From: an uncultured Syntrophaceae bacterium
GTDB lineage: Bacteria > Desulfobacterota > Syntrophia > Syntrophales > UBA2192
Reading direction: 5' to 3'
Length of the DNA: 64,000 nt
Assembly (NCBI GenBank): GCA_964585095.1
Contig: CAZPCN010000001.1
Coordinates: forward strand, 238-64,237
The position numbers and the translations under genes are program-made. Positions within the stretch are counted from its first letter, which is position 1. The number at the start of each line of letters is the position of its first letter. Shown in pieces: positions 28,858-40,795 of the stretch. Under the pieces are notes generated by a model. That model was not told where the DNA came from. It did no database searches and saw only the letters and a program-made list of their open reading frames with translations.

Positions 28858-30336
28858 ATGAGCACAAGGAACCTCGCGAAGGGGATTCTCGCGGCCGCTG
28901 TCATCGCGTTCGCCCTTCTATCCTATCCCGCCACCGAGCCGCCCGTGCCCGCGGGGGCAACCGGCAAGCCCTTCACCTGGAAGCAGGACGAGAAGTGGAA
29001 AGCCCTGGAGAAGTCCTTCCAGGAGGCACGGGAGATCGGCTGTCGGGGTCTCGAGAATCGCATCGGTGAAGGCTTCAGGCAGTCGGGGCGGTACCTCTCC
29101 GCCCTGGATGTCCCCGCCGTCAGGCCGGACGCGACGGTCCTCGCGCGGCTGGAAACCCTCACCTTCGGCCTGGGAACCGGGGTGGCCGCCTGCCCGGAAA
29201 GGCTCTCGGATTACGTCCATCTCGTCACGCAAACGCGAAGCCTCCTGAAACGCCAGTCCCAGGGGTGGGACATGAACGATGCGACCGCACGGGACCGCCT
29301 GTACCGCCTGATGTACGGAGGAAGGGCAGCCCTCGAGGAGGTCATGCTCCAGGCGCCGGCAGGGTCCTTCCCGGCGCTCATCAAGGCCGACGACGTGCCC
29401 TCGGCGACACCCTCGTACGCGTTCCAGAACGGGACGCTCCGCAGCGGCGACATCCTCGTGTCCCGGGGAGGCGCCCCCACGTCGGCCCTGATCGCCCGCG
29501 GCAACGACTACCCGGGGAATTTCTCCCACGTGGCCCTTTTCCACGTGGACGAGAAAACCGGGGAGCCGGGCATCGTGGAGTCCCACATCGAGATGGGGGT
29601 CGTCGTCTCGACGGTCGAGCAGTACATCAAGGACAAGAAGCTTCGCATCCTGGTCCTGCGCCTGCGTCCGGATCTGCCTCAGATGAAGGCCGACCCCATG
29701 CTTCCTCACAAGGCGGCAGCGAAGGCGGTTGAAGAGGTCAAGAGACGCCACATCCCCTACGATTTCGAAATGAACTTCCGGGAGCCGTCGAAATGGTTCT
29801 GCTCGGAGGTGGCGTCCTGGGCCTATCGCGAATGCGGCATCGAGCTCTGGAAGGGGACGACCCGCATGTCCGCCCCCGGGGTCGTGCGCTGGCTGTCCTA
29901 CTTCGGCGTGACCCATTTCGAGACCCAGGCGCCCGCCGATCTCGAGTACGACCCGCAGCTTGCGGTGGTGGCCGAGTGGCGCGACCCCGAGACCCTCTGG
30001 CAGGACCACGTGGACAACGCCGTCGTCGAGGCCATGCTGGAGGGAGCCGACGAGGGGGACGGGATCCCCGCCCCGTGGTGGAAATTGGCGGCGGTGAGGC
30101 TGGCGAAGGGCTACAGCGTCGTTCTGAACCTGTTCGGCGGTATCGGACCCGTTCCCGAGGGGATGGATGCCACGGCGGCGCTACGCAACCTGGAGCTTTC
30201 CTCCCTTCACGAGAAGATGAGAGCAGGGGTGCTCGAGAGGGCATCGGCCTTCGAGAAGCGGCAGGGCTACAGGCCGCCCTACTGGGAACTGGTCCGCATG
30301 GCCAACGAGGTCAGAAAGGAAGGAAGACGGCGATGA
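28858..30336 (+). CDS. Membrane-anchored YiiX/YaeF (C92, permuted papain/NlpC-P60) family hydrolase-like protein, oversized
   Basis: N-terminal anchor GILAAAVIAFALLSY. SGDILVSRG...GNFSHVALF and WFCSEVASWAY match the permuted His/Cys arrangement as recalled. ~493 aa, versus ~200 aa for typical members. Confidence 0.6.
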   Translation: MSTRNLAKGILAAAVIAFALLSYPATEPPVPAGATGKPFTWKQDEKWKALEKSFQEAREIGCRGLENRIGEGFRQSGRYLSALDVPAVRPDATVLARLETLTFGLGTGVAACPERLSDYVHLVTQTRSLLKRQSQGWDMNDATARDRLYRLMYGGRAALEEVMLQAPAGSFPALIKADDVPSATPSYAFQNGTLRSGDILVSRGGAPTSALIARGNDYPGNFSHVALFHVDEKTGEPGIVESHIEMGVVVSTVEQYIKDKKLRILVLRLRPDLPQMKADPMLPHKAAAKAVEEVKRRHIPYDFEMNFREPSKWFCSEVASWAYRECGIELWKGTTRMSAPGVVRWLSYFGVTHFETQAPADLEYDPQLAVVAEWRDPETLWQDHVDNAVVEAMLEGADEGDGIPAPWWKLAAVRLAKGYSVVLNLFGGIGPVPEGMDATAALRNLELSSLHEKMRAGVLERASAFEKRQGYRPPYWELVRMANEVRKEGRRR

Positions 30337-32231
30337 AGGGGAAAACCGACGGCAGTGCGCCGGCCTGCAAACCGCTCCTGACGGACGAAAGCATCCTGCA
30401 GGGCATCGTCGACGGGTCCTTCATACCGGCCTTCGTCATCGACCGAGATCACTGCGTCCTGCACTGGAACCGGGCCCTGGAGGAGATCAGCAAGATCCCC
30501 GCCGCGTCGGTCATCGGGACGAACGAGCACTGGAGGGCGTTCTACGGCAAGCCAAGGCCCTGCATGGCGGACCTGCTCGTGGACGGCGCCCTGAACGCGA
30601 TCCCCCGGTGGTACGCCGGCAAGTTCCGCGAATCCTCGCTGATCCCCGAAGCCTTCGAGGCTGTGGATTTCTTCGCCGCCCTGGGGGAGGGCGGGAGATG
30701 GCTCCGGTTCACGGCGACCCTGATCCGGAACGACCGGGGCGATATCGCCGGCGCCGTGGAAACCCTCGAGGACATCACGGAGCAGAAACTGGCGGAGGAG
30801 GCCCTCCGCGAGAGCCAGCAGAGGCTGTACCAGATCCTGGAGGGCTCCCCCATCGCGGCCTTCGTCATCGACCGCGACCACCAGGTCATCTTCTGGAACC
30901 GGGCCCTCGAGGAGCTCAGCCGCATCCGCGCCGACGACATCGTCGGGACGGACCAGCACTGGCGGGCGTTCTATGCGCAGAAGCGCCCCTGCATGGCCGA
31001 TCTCATCATCGACAAGAAGCTCCACGAGGTCAAGCGCTGGTACGCGGGCAAGGGGGCCCCGTCGAAGCTGCTGAAGGAGGCCTTCGAAGCCACGGACTAC
31101 TTCCCCGACCTGGGGGAGGGCGGGCGGTGGCTGCGCTTCACGGCGGCGGCCATCCGCAATTCGCAGGGGGAGCTCGTGGGCGCCGTGGAAAACCTCGAGG
31201 ACATAACGGAGCAGAAGGCGGCCGAAGCGTCCCTCCAGGAAAGCGAGCAGCGCCTGCACAGCATCCTGCAGGGATCGACGATCCCCACCCTCGTGATCGG
31301 CCGTGACCACCGCGTCCTGTTCTGGAACCGGGCCCTCGAGGAACTGAGCCGGATCCCCGCGAAGGAGGTCATCGGGACGAACCAGCAGTGGAGGGCCTTC
31401 TACGGCGGGGAGCGGCCCACCATGGCCGATCTCCTCGTCGACGGCGACATCCGGGAGATCGCGCGCTGGTACCGGGGCAAGTACAGCAAGTCGAAGCTCC
31501 TGAAGGACGCCTTCGAGGCCACGGACTTCTTCCCGTCGCTGGCCAACGGAACGTGGGTGCGGTTCACGGCGACGGTGATCCGCAACTCCCGCGGAGAGGT
31601 CATCGGCGCCCTGGAGACCCTGGAGGACATCACGGAGCGAAAACGGAGCGAGATCGCCCTGCAGAAGGCCCACGACGAGCTGGAGCAGCGGGTCGAGGAG
31701 CGCACCGTGGACCTGCTGCAGTTCTCCGAGTCCCTGAAGCGCGAGATCGTGGAGCGCAAGGAGGCGGAACTGAAGCTTCGCAGGAGGGAGAGGGAACTGA
31801 AGAGAAAAACCCACAGCCTCCAGGAGGTCAACACGGCCATGAAGGTCCTCCTCGATCAGCGGGAACAGGACCGCCGGGAGGTCGAGGAGATGATCCTCAA
31901 CAACGTCAAGGAGCTGCTGGCTCCCTACCTGGAAAAGCTCAAGAAGACGAAGCTCAACGAGGCGCAGATGGCCCACGTCCGGGTGCTGGAGACCAACCTG
32001 GACAACATCATCTCGCCGTTCCTCAAGAACCTCCACTCGAGACACCTGAACCTGACCCCCAAGGAAATCCGCGTGGCCTCCCTCATCAAGGAAGGCCGGA
32101 CGACGAAGGAAATCGCCGCCCTGCTCGGCATGTCCGTGGCCGCCGTCGAGTTCCACCGCAACAACATCCGCAAGAAACTGGGCCTGCGAAACAAGAAGGC
32201 CAACCTCATCTCCCACCTCGCCTCCATGTAG
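30333..32231 (+). CDS. Triple-PAS, coiled-coil, LuxR-type HTH transcriptional regulator
   Basis: ATG 30333 overlaps the upstream stop (ATGA). Three ~142-aa PAS-like repeats, a charged coiled coil and C-terminal LTPKEIRVASLIKEGRTTKEIAALLGMSVAAVEFHRNNIRKKLG. Confidence 0.88.
   Translation: MKGKTDGSAPACKPLLTDESILQGIVDGSFIPAFVIDRDHCVLHWNRALEEISKIPAASVIGTNEHWRAFYGKPRPCMADLLVDGALNAIPRWYAGKFRESSLIPEAFEAVDFFAALGEGGRWLRFTATLIRNDRGDIAGAVETLEDITEQKLAEEALRESQQRLYQILEGSPIAAFVIDRDHQVIFWNRALEELSRIRADDIVGTDQHWRAFYAQKRPCMADLIIDKKLHEVKRWYAGKGAPSKLLKEAFEATDYFPDLGEGGRWLRFTAAAIRNSQGELVGAVENLEDITEQKAAEASLQESEQRLHSILQGSTIPTLVIGRDHRVLFWNRALEELSRIPAKEVIGTNQQWRAFYGGERPTMADLLVDGDIREIARWYRGKYSKSKLLKDAFEATDFFPSLANGTWVRFTATVIRNSRGEVIGALETLEDITERKRSEIALQKAHDELEQRVEERTVDLLQFSESLKREIVERKEAELKLRRRERELKRKTHSLQEVNTAMKVLLDQREQDRREVEEMILNNVKELLAPYLEKLKKTKLNEAQMAHVRVLETNLDNIISPFLKNLHSRHLNLTPKEIRVASLIKEGRTTKEIAALLGMSVAAVEFHRNNIRKKLGLRNKKANLISHLASM
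30390..31680 (+). repeat. Intragenic tandem triplication (~427-nt period) encoding three closely related PAS modules
   Basis: Repeat starts ILQGIVDGS.. (~30393), LYQILEGSP.. (~30825) and LHSILQGST.. (~31252). Shared blocks are VIDRDH, WNRALEE, HWRAFY, RPxMADL, RWYxGK, AFEAxDxF, WLRFTA and LEDITExK. Confidence 0.85.
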
Positions 32232-32256
32232 CGGGCGAATCCCCTGAAAGGACCTG

Positions 32257-32284
32257 CCCGTCGGCGCTGCATGGCGCCGGCGGG
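32257..32284 (+). terminator. Strong GC hairpin after the PAS-LuxR gene (possible terminator, no U-tract)
   Basis: 11-bp stem CCCGTCGGCGC / GCGCCGGCGGG (one G-U pair) with loop TGCATG. Confidence 0.35.
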
Positions 32285-32305
32285 GAAAAGCGCCGCAGGA
32301 TTGTG

Positions 32306-32324
32306 TATGAGGAAATACCTCATA
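32306..32324. promoter_or_regulatory. Inverted repeat TATGAGG-N5-CCTCATA in an AT-rich promoter-like patch
   Basis: Perfect 7-bp arms in the only AT-rich stretch (32300-32355) between the LuxR-type regulator and the genes preceding the ATPase operon. Confidence 0.3.
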
Positions 32325-32491
32325 TTAACCTACTGATCTATTCATATTGTACATCGGCGCGCCCCCCGCTACAGTGAACTCAAAGACGGAAGCCCCGAAC
32401 CGGCATCGCCCGGGGACGGGTGGACGCCGGGAAGACGAAAAACGGAGGGACGGCAACCAGGACGAGACGCTTCAGGGGGAAGGAGGACGCC

Positions 32492-33343
32492 ATGCAGGCC
32501 GTAGCGACGAAGCTGATCGATGTCACGGAAGCCAACGCCGAGAAGATCGCCCGGCAATGGTTCGCCGATGTGAGGAAAAACCCCAAGACTCCTTCCTACC
32601 ACAACATCGCAGAAGACCGGGCCATCCCGCAGGCCGTCGACTTCTACACGAAATTCCGGGGCGTCTTCGCCGCAAAGAACCCCTTCGAGGAAGCCCGGCG
32701 GGTATACGCGAAATACGCGGACGAGAGCTACCATATCGGGGTCCCCCTGCACGAGGCGATCTACGCCCTGACCCTCATGCGGCGCCACATCTGGCTCTAC
32801 GCCGAGTTCCAGGCCCTCTTCATCTCCGCCGTCGAGCAGCAGCAGGCCGTCGAGAGCCTCAACCGCACCATCCTTCTGTTCGACTACGCCACCTACGTCA
32901 TCACGGACCGCTACCAGGAGCTTATGAAAGGGGAGATCGACAAGCAGCTCTCGGCCCTCCGCGCCCTCGGCATGGAGGAGACCTTCACGGGCAGCAAGGT
33001 CGGCATCATGGCCTGCCTGCTCGTGGCCTGCGGTTTCCTGACCTACTACTACCACGCGGTGATGGCCAGCGGGGTGATCTTCACGCACCTGTTCTACATC
33101 CCCATCGTGCTGGCGGGCATCTGGTGGAAGAAGAAGGGGATCGGCGTGTCCGTCCTGCTGGGGCTGATCCTGATCGTGAGCCACCTGATCTTCATGAAGG
33201 GGGTTGCGCTTACGGACGACCTGATCCGCGCCATCATGTTCGTCGTCGTCTCCTCCGTGGTGGCGCTGCTGGCCGAGGGATTCTCGAAGATCGAGGTCCT
33301 CTACAGGACGCCGTCCCAGGCGGGGGCGCCCGTCGAGACCTAG
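32492..33343 (+). CDS. Membrane protein: N-terminal ~165-aa helical sensor-like domain + C-terminal 4-TM domain (unknown family)
   Basis: ATG 32492 after AGGAGG. N-domain is paralogous to the next gene. TM region VGIMACLLVACGFLTYYY..FTHLFYIPIVLAGIWWKKKGIGVSVLLGLILIV.. Confidence 0.75.
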   Translation: MQAVATKLIDVTEANAEKIARQWFADVRKNPKTPSYHNIAEDRAIPQAVDFYTKFRGVFAAKNPFEEARRVYAKYADESYHIGVPLHEAIYALTLMRRHIWLYAEFQALFISAVEQQQAVESLNRTILLFDYATYVITDRYQELMKGEIDKQLSALRALGMEETFTGSKVGIMACLLVACGFLTYYYHAVMASGVIFTHLFYIPIVLAGIWWKKKGIGVSVLLGLILIVSHLIFMKGVALTDDLIRAIMFVVVSSVVALLAEGFSKIEVLYRTPSQAGAPVET

Positions 33344-33410
33344 CGGAGAGCCGGACAGGCCGGGCAGACGTCCCGCAGAACGGAAGGAGCCGCCGGGAGG
33401 CGGGGGAATC

Positions 33411-35732
<2,322 letters not shown>

Positions 35733-35740
<8 letters not shown>

Positions 35741-36062
35741 CGAACAGCTGACCCCCCGCGAGAGGCGGCTCAAGATCGCCGAAGCCTTCACCCGGAAGGT
35801 CGGTTCGAAGGAAGCCCGGCGCGTCAAGGGAAAAACCCAGCAGGACCACACCATTTGGTTCGGCCTAGGGATGTTCGGCGTGGTGGGGTGGTCCGTCGCC
35901 ATCCCGACGCTGATCTTTACGGCCATCGGGCTGTGGGTTGACCGGACGTGGCCAAGCCGGTTTTCGTGGACGCTCATGATGCTCATCATGGGTGTGGCCC
36001 TGGGATGCATGAATGCCTGGTACTGGGTGAAAAGGGCCCAGCAGGACATCATGAAGGATTGA
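35733..36062 (+). CDS. atpQ: AtpQ (AtpZ/AtpI-like small membrane protein of N-ATPase operons)
   Basis: Two TMs with IWFGLGMFGVVGWSVAIPTL..GLWVDR..WTLMMLIMGVALGCMNAWYWV, as in the ATPase_gene1 family. Overlaps the atpC stop. Confidence 0.75.
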
Positions 36063-36157
36063 AGGCCGATTTGCCCCCTATGTCCGTGAGGGTCCGGGGT
36101 GATGGAAGAGCGAACTTCCGAGCCCCGGGCCCCGCGGACCGGAAATAGAGGACGACC

Positions 36158-36463
36158 ATGGAAGAGATACTTTTTTCATTTTTCATCGGGATCGCGCTCG
36201 GCGGTGTCTACTTCGCAGGGCTCTGGGAGACCGTGCGGAAACTGCCCGACGCGGAGAAGCCCGTTCGAAGAATGGCATTGAGTTTTGCCCTGCGCATGGC
36301 ACTGGCCCTGTCGGGTTTCTATTTCGTCATGCAGGGCGAGTGGCAGCGCCTGGCGGCAGCCATGGTCGGGTTTCTGCTGATGCGGGAGATTCTCCTGCGC
36401 CGGCTCGGGAAGACGAACCATTCACTCATGGGAGGCATGCCCTATGGAAGTCGTGGCCATTGA
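36158..36463 (+). CDS. atpR: AtpR (N-ATPase-specific membrane subunit)
   Basis: 101 aa with three TMs: GIALGGVYFAGLWETVRKL and SFALRMALALSGFYFV. Sits immediately before atpB. Confidence 0.75.
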   Translation: MEEILFSFFIGIALGGVYFAGLWETVRKLPDAEKPVRRMALSFALRMALALSGFYFVMQGEWQRLAAAMVGFLLMREILLRRLGKTNHSLMGGMPYGSRGH

Positions 36464-37175
36464 CCAGATCAGCCCGGATCAGGTCATCCTCTTTGCCTGG
36501 GGATTCGTGACCATCAACGCCACCCTGGCCTACACGTGGCTCATCATGGGGCTGCTCGTCGTCGGGTCCATCGCGATCACCGGGAATCTCTCCTCGGAGC
36601 GTACCCTGAGCCGCTGGCAGAACCTGCTGGAGGTGATCGTGGGCACCATCCGCTCGGAGATCCGCGAAATCGCCCACGAAGGCTCCGACACCTACTTTCC
36701 CTTCATCGCGACGCTGTTTCTCTTCATCCTGTTCTCCAACGTCTTCACCTTCATCCCGGGGTACGTGGCTCCCACGTCGTCGCTGACGACGACGTCGGCC
36801 CTGGCGGTCATGGTGTTCATCGCCGTCCCCATGTACGGCATCGCGAAAAACGGGATCCTGGAATACCTGAAGGAGTACTTCCGGCCCACGTTCATCTTTT
36901 TCCCCTTCCACGTCATGGGGGAATTTTCCCGGACCCTGGCCCTGGCCGTCCGGCTCTTCGGCAACCTCATGAGCCACGAGAAGGTCATCGCCATCCTGCT
37001 CGCCGTCACCCCGCTGTTCTTCCCGGTGGTGATGCAGGTGCTGGGGCTCCTGATCGGCCTGATCCAGGCCTACATCTTCGCCATTCTCGCCATGGTGTAC
37101 ATCGCCTCGGCGACGCAGACCCACGAGGAAACGGAGCACAAGCCCAAAAAGGAAACGGAACCCGTTAAAATCTAG
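36444..37175 (+). CDS. atpB: ATP synthase F0 subunit a
   Basis: Polytopic, with conserved stator Arg context LAVRLFGNLMSHE. RBS GGGAGG. Confidence 0.9.
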   Translation: MEVVAIDQISPDQVILFAWGFVTINATLAYTWLIMGLLVVGSIAITGNLSSERTLSRWQNLLEVIVGTIRSEIREIAHEGSDTYFPFIATLFLFILFSNVFTFIPGYVAPTSSLTTTSALAVMVFIAVPMYGIAKNGILEYLKEYFRPTFIFFPFHVMGEFSRTLALAVRLFGNLMSHEKVIAILLAVTPLFFPVVMQVLGLLIGLIQAYIFAILAMVYIASATQTHEETEHKPKKETEPVKI

Positions 37176-37196
37176 AAGAAAGTGAGGAGGAGCGGT

Positions 37197-37475
37197 ATGG
37201 ACAGCGTGAGCATCGTTGCAATGGCGTCTATCATTACGGCAGGCATTTGCATGGGGATCGGGGCGATCGGGCCCGGTCTCGGACAGGGACGGGCCGTACA
37301 GGGCGCGCTGAACTCGATCGCGCAGCAGCCTGACGAACGGAACTCGCTGACGCGGACCCTGTTCGTGGGTCTGGCCATGATCGAGTCCATCGCCATTTAC
37401 TGCTTCGTGATTTCGATGATCCTGGTCTTCGCCAACCCGTTCTGGGCCTACGTGATCAAAAAAGCTGGAGGATGA
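37197..37475 (+). CDS. atpE: ATP synthase F0 subunit c
   Basis: Hairpin protein with GPGLGQG, loop QQPD and carboxylate helix LAMIESIAIY. ATG 37197 after GAGGAGG. Confidence 0.9.
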   Translation: MDSVSIVAMASIITAGICMGIGAIGPGLGQGRAVQGALNSIAQQPDERNSLTRTLFVGLAMIESIAIYCFVISMILVFANPFWAYVIKKAGG

Positions 37476-37478
37476 TCC

Positions 37479-38249
37479 ATGCACATCGACTGGTTTGTTT
37501 TCCTCTGCCAGATCGTCAACCTCCTGTTGCTGCTCTTCCTGTTGAAGAAGTTCCTTTACGGGAGGATCATCGGGGCCATGGACGCTCGGGAAGCGAGAAT
37601 CAGCGCCACCTTCGCCGACGCCGAAAAGGCCCGCGAGGCGGCGAGGGAATCGGCGGAGCGGTACGAAAAGCGGCTCCGGGACCTGGACGCCCACGTCGAA
37701 GAATCGATGAACCGGGCGCGCGACGACGCCGAAGCCCACCGCAAGGAGCTGATGGACAAGGCCCGGGAAGAGGTCGATATGCTCCAGGCCCGGTGGGTCG
37801 AGACGCTGAAATCGGAGCGTGACGCCTTCCTCGCGGATCTCCGGCGGCTCGCCGGGACGCAGATCTACTCCATCACGCGCCAGGTGCTCAGGGATCTGGC
37901 CGACGTGGAGCTCGAACAGCGGATCGTGGAGATCCTCATGGAACGGATCCAGACGATGGATGAAGAGGAGCGCGGAAAGTTCAGGGCCTCCCTGGCGGAA
38001 GGCGGGGCGATCACCGTCCAGAGCGCCTTCGACATTCCGGACGTCGAACGGAAGAAACTCGACGACGTCATCCACCGCTGCATTCACGGCGAAACCCAGG
38101 TGGTCTTCGAGAAATCGGACAATGTCATGACGGGCTACGAGCTCAAGACGGACGGCCACAAGATCGCCTGGAGCATCAAGGATTACCTGGATTCCCTGGA
38201 GGAGAAGTTCTACCACGCCCTGTACGAAGAGGCGCAGGAAAAAAGATAG
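37479..38249 (+). CDS. atpF: ATP synthase subunit b with delta(OSCP)-like C-terminal extension
   Basis: 256 aa: N-terminal TM, long charged helix, then a C-terminal ~100-aa globular part ending ..TGYELKTDGHKIAWSIKDYLDSLEEKF. No separate delta gene in the operon. Confidence 0.85.
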   Translation: MHIDWFVFLCQIVNLLLLLFLLKKFLYGRIIGAMDAREARISATFADAEKAREAARESAERYEKRLRDLDAHVEESMNRARDDAEAHRKELMDKAREEVDMLQARWVETLKSERDAFLADLRRLAGTQIYSITRQVLRDLADVELEQRIVEILMERIQTMDEEERGKFRASLAEGGAITVQSAFDIPDVERKKLDDVIHRCIHGETQVVFEKSDNVMTGYELKTDGHKIAWSIKDYLDSLEEKFYHALYEEAQEKR

Positions 38250-38273
38250 GCACCCATCACGAGGGGGACTGAC

Positions 38274-39830
38274 ATGACCATGCCAGGAGAAAAGGAAGAG
38301 CTGAAGGATTTTCTCGACGACACGTTCAAAACGATGGACGCGGTTCTCGCCGACCAGCATCCGGAGCTCACGCAGCGGGAGGTGGGGCTCGTCAACTATG
38401 TCGGTCACGGCATTGTGCGGGTCAGCGGCCTTCCCAACATCCGATCGGAAGAGATTGTGCTCTTTCCCAAGAACGTGCAGGGACTCGTGTTCAACATCGA
38501 CCCCGAAGAGATCGGCGTGATCCTCCTGGGAGCGAGCGAGCACCTCAACTCGGGTTCCGAAGTGAGACGCACCGGGCGGGTTCTGGACGTGCCCGTCGGG
38601 GAGGCCCTCATCGGACGCGTCGTCGATGCCATCGGGAGGCCGCTGGACAATCAGGGGGAGGTCCGGGCCACCAAACGGCTGGCCGTCGAGCGCGAGGCGC
38701 CCCCCGTCATGGCGAGAGACCCCGTCACCGTGCCCCTGCAGACGGGCATCAAGGTCATCGACGCCCTCATCCCCATCGGCCGGGGACAGCGCGAACTCAT
38801 CGTCGGGGACCGGCAGACGGGGAAGACGGCCATTGCGGTGGACGCCATCATCAACCAGTGGGACAAGAACGTCATCTGCATCTACTGCGCCATCGGAAAG
38901 AAGTCCTCCGACGTGGCCAAGGTCATCGCCGACCTCCGGCAGCACAACGCCATGAAGTACACCATCGTCGTGGCCGCCGTGGGCGAAGACCCCCCGGGCC
39001 TGCAGTTCATCGCGCCCTACGCGGCGACCTCCATGGGCGAGTACTTCATGTCCAGGGGGCGCGACGTCCTGGTCGTCTACGACGACCTGACCTACCATGC
39101 GCGGGCCTACCGGGAGATCTCCCTGCTGCTGAGGCGCCCGCCGGGACGCGAGGCCTTCCCGGGGGACATCTTCTACATCCACTCCCGTCTCCTCGAGCGC
39201 TCCACCCACCTGCGCAAGGAACACGGCGGGGGGTCGTTGACGGCGCTGCCCATCGTCGAGACCGAGGCCCAGGACATCTCGGCCTACATCCCGACGAACC
39301 TCATCTCGATTACGGACGGGCAGATCTACCTGTCGCCGCGGCTCTTTCAGAAGGGCATCCTGCCCCCCGTCGACGTCGGAAAGTCGGTTTCCCGCGTGGG
39401 CGGAAAGGCCCAGCTGCCCGCCTACCGCGCCGTGGCCGGCGATCTGCGCATCTCCTACTCCCAGTTCGAGGAACTGGAGACCTTTTCCCGCTTCGGCACG
39501 CGACTCGACGAGGCGACGCGCCGGGTCCTGGAGCGCGGATGGCGAGTCCGCGAAATCCTGAAACAGCCCCAGTACAAGCCCATCCGGGTGGCCGAGCAGA
39601 TTGCGGCGCTTCTGGCCATCACGGGAGGAAGCCTGGATCCGATCCCGATCGGCAGGATCGGCGAGGCCGAGGCGTCCCTGCGGGAGAAGACGGTTGCGCA
39701 GGCCGCCGATCTCTGCGGGCGGATCGAGTCGGGGGAGAAACTGACCCTAGAGGACCGCAAGACGCTCCTCGACACGGCCGGCGCGGCTACGGAATCCATG
39801 AAGGAAGAGACGAGCCATGCAAACGATTGA
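38274..39830 (+). CDS. atpA: ATP synthase alpha subunit
   Basis: Walker A GDRQTGKT, then [44 protein letters not shown]. Confidence 0.95.
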   Translation: MTMPGEKEELKDFLDDTFKTMDAVLADQHPELTQREVGLVNYVGHGIVRVSGLPNIRSEEIVLFPKNVQGLVFNIDPEEIGVILLGASEHLNSGSEVRRTGRVLDVPVGEALIGRVVDAIGRPLDNQGEVRATKRLAVEREAPPVMARDPVTVPLQTGIKVIDALIPIGRGQRELIVGDRQTGKTAIAVDAIINQWDKNVICIYCAIGKKSSDVAKVIADLRQHNAMKYTIVVAAVGEDPPGLQFIAPYAATSMGEYFMSRGRDVLVVYDDLTYHARAYREISLLLRRPPGREAFPGDIFYIHSRLLERSTHLRKEHGGGSLTALPIVETEAQDISAYIPTNLISITDGQIYLSPRLFQKGILPPVDVGKSVSRVGGKAQLPAYRAVAGDLRISYSQFEELETFSRFGTRLDEATRRVLERGWRVREILKQPQYKPIRVAEQIAALLAITGGSLDPIPIGRIGEAEASLREKTVAQAADLCGRIESGEKLTLEDRKTLLDTAGAATESMKEETSHAND

Positions 39831-40749
39831 GTCGTTGAAGCGCAACATCCAGAGCGCCCAGGACCTCCTCGGCGTCGTGAAGACCATGAAGGCCCTGGCG
39901 GCCGTGAGCATCCGGCAGTATCAGAAAGCCGTCGAGTCCCTGTCGGAATACAACCGGACCGTCGAGATGGGGCTCCAGGTCGTTCTCAAGCGAAGCCGGG
40001 GAAGCTTTGCGCCGATGCGTTCGGCGTCGGCAAAGCGGATGGGTGCCATCGTCTTCGGCACCGACCAGGGTCTCTGCGGGCAGTTCAACAACCTCATCAC
40101 CACCCATGCCCTCAAGGAGATGAACGCGCTGGGGATAGCGAAAGAGAACCGCGTCGTCATCGCCGTGGGCCTGCGGGCGGCCGACATCCTCGAGGACTCG
40201 GGGCAGAAGGTCATGGAAATCCTCGGCACACCCGGCTCGACCGCCGGCATCACCGCCATGGTACAGGACATCACCACGGTGCTCGAGGACTGGCGCTTCA
40301 GGAAGCAGATCGAAACCATGTACCTGTACTACAACGAGTACGTCTCCGGGGCGACCTACCGCCCGAAGACCCTCAAGCTCCTGCCCGTAGACAAGGAGTG
40401 GCTCAAGAGCCTCGAAAAACGAAAGTGGGAGTCGCGGACCCTCCCCATGTTCACCCAGGACTGGGAGACGATGTTCCGGTCCCTCATCCGGGAATACCTG
40501 TTCGTCTCGCTCTACCGGGCCTTCGCCGATTCGCTGGCGAGCGAGAATGCAAGCCGCCTGGCGGCCATGCAGAGCGCCGAGAAGAACATCGAGGAACGGC
40601 TCGAGGAGCTCTTCGGGCAATTCCACCGCCAGCGCCAGAGCACGATCACGGAAGAGCTTCTCGACATCGTGTGCGGGTTCGAGGCCCTGGGGGGAACGAA
40701 ACAGGCCGGAGCAAAGGCTGAAAGCGGCAGGCAAAAGGCAACAGGCTGA
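39817..40749 (+). CDS. atpG: ATP synthase gamma subunit
   Basis: [29 protein letters not shown] start and C-terminal ..[13 protein letters not shown] helix. Overlaps the atpA stop. Confidence 0.9.
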   Translation: MQTIESLKRNIQSAQDLLGVVKTMKALAAVSIRQYQKAVESLSEYNRTVEMGLQVVLKRSRGSFAPMRSASAKRMGAIVFGTDQGLCGQFNNLITTHALKEMNALGIAKENRVVIAVGLRAADILEDSGQKVMEILGTPGSTAGITAMVQDITTVLEDWRFRKQIETMYLYYNEYVSGATYRPKTLKLLPVDKEWLKSLEKRKWESRTLPMFTQDWETMFRSLIREYLFVSLYRAFADSLASENASRLAAMQSAEKNIEERLEELFGQFHRQRQSTITEELLDIVCGFEALGGTKQAGAKAESGRQKATG

Positions 40750-40795
40750 AACGGCAACCAGGACGCCTCTATCGAGACGAAGGGGGTGAGAAACC

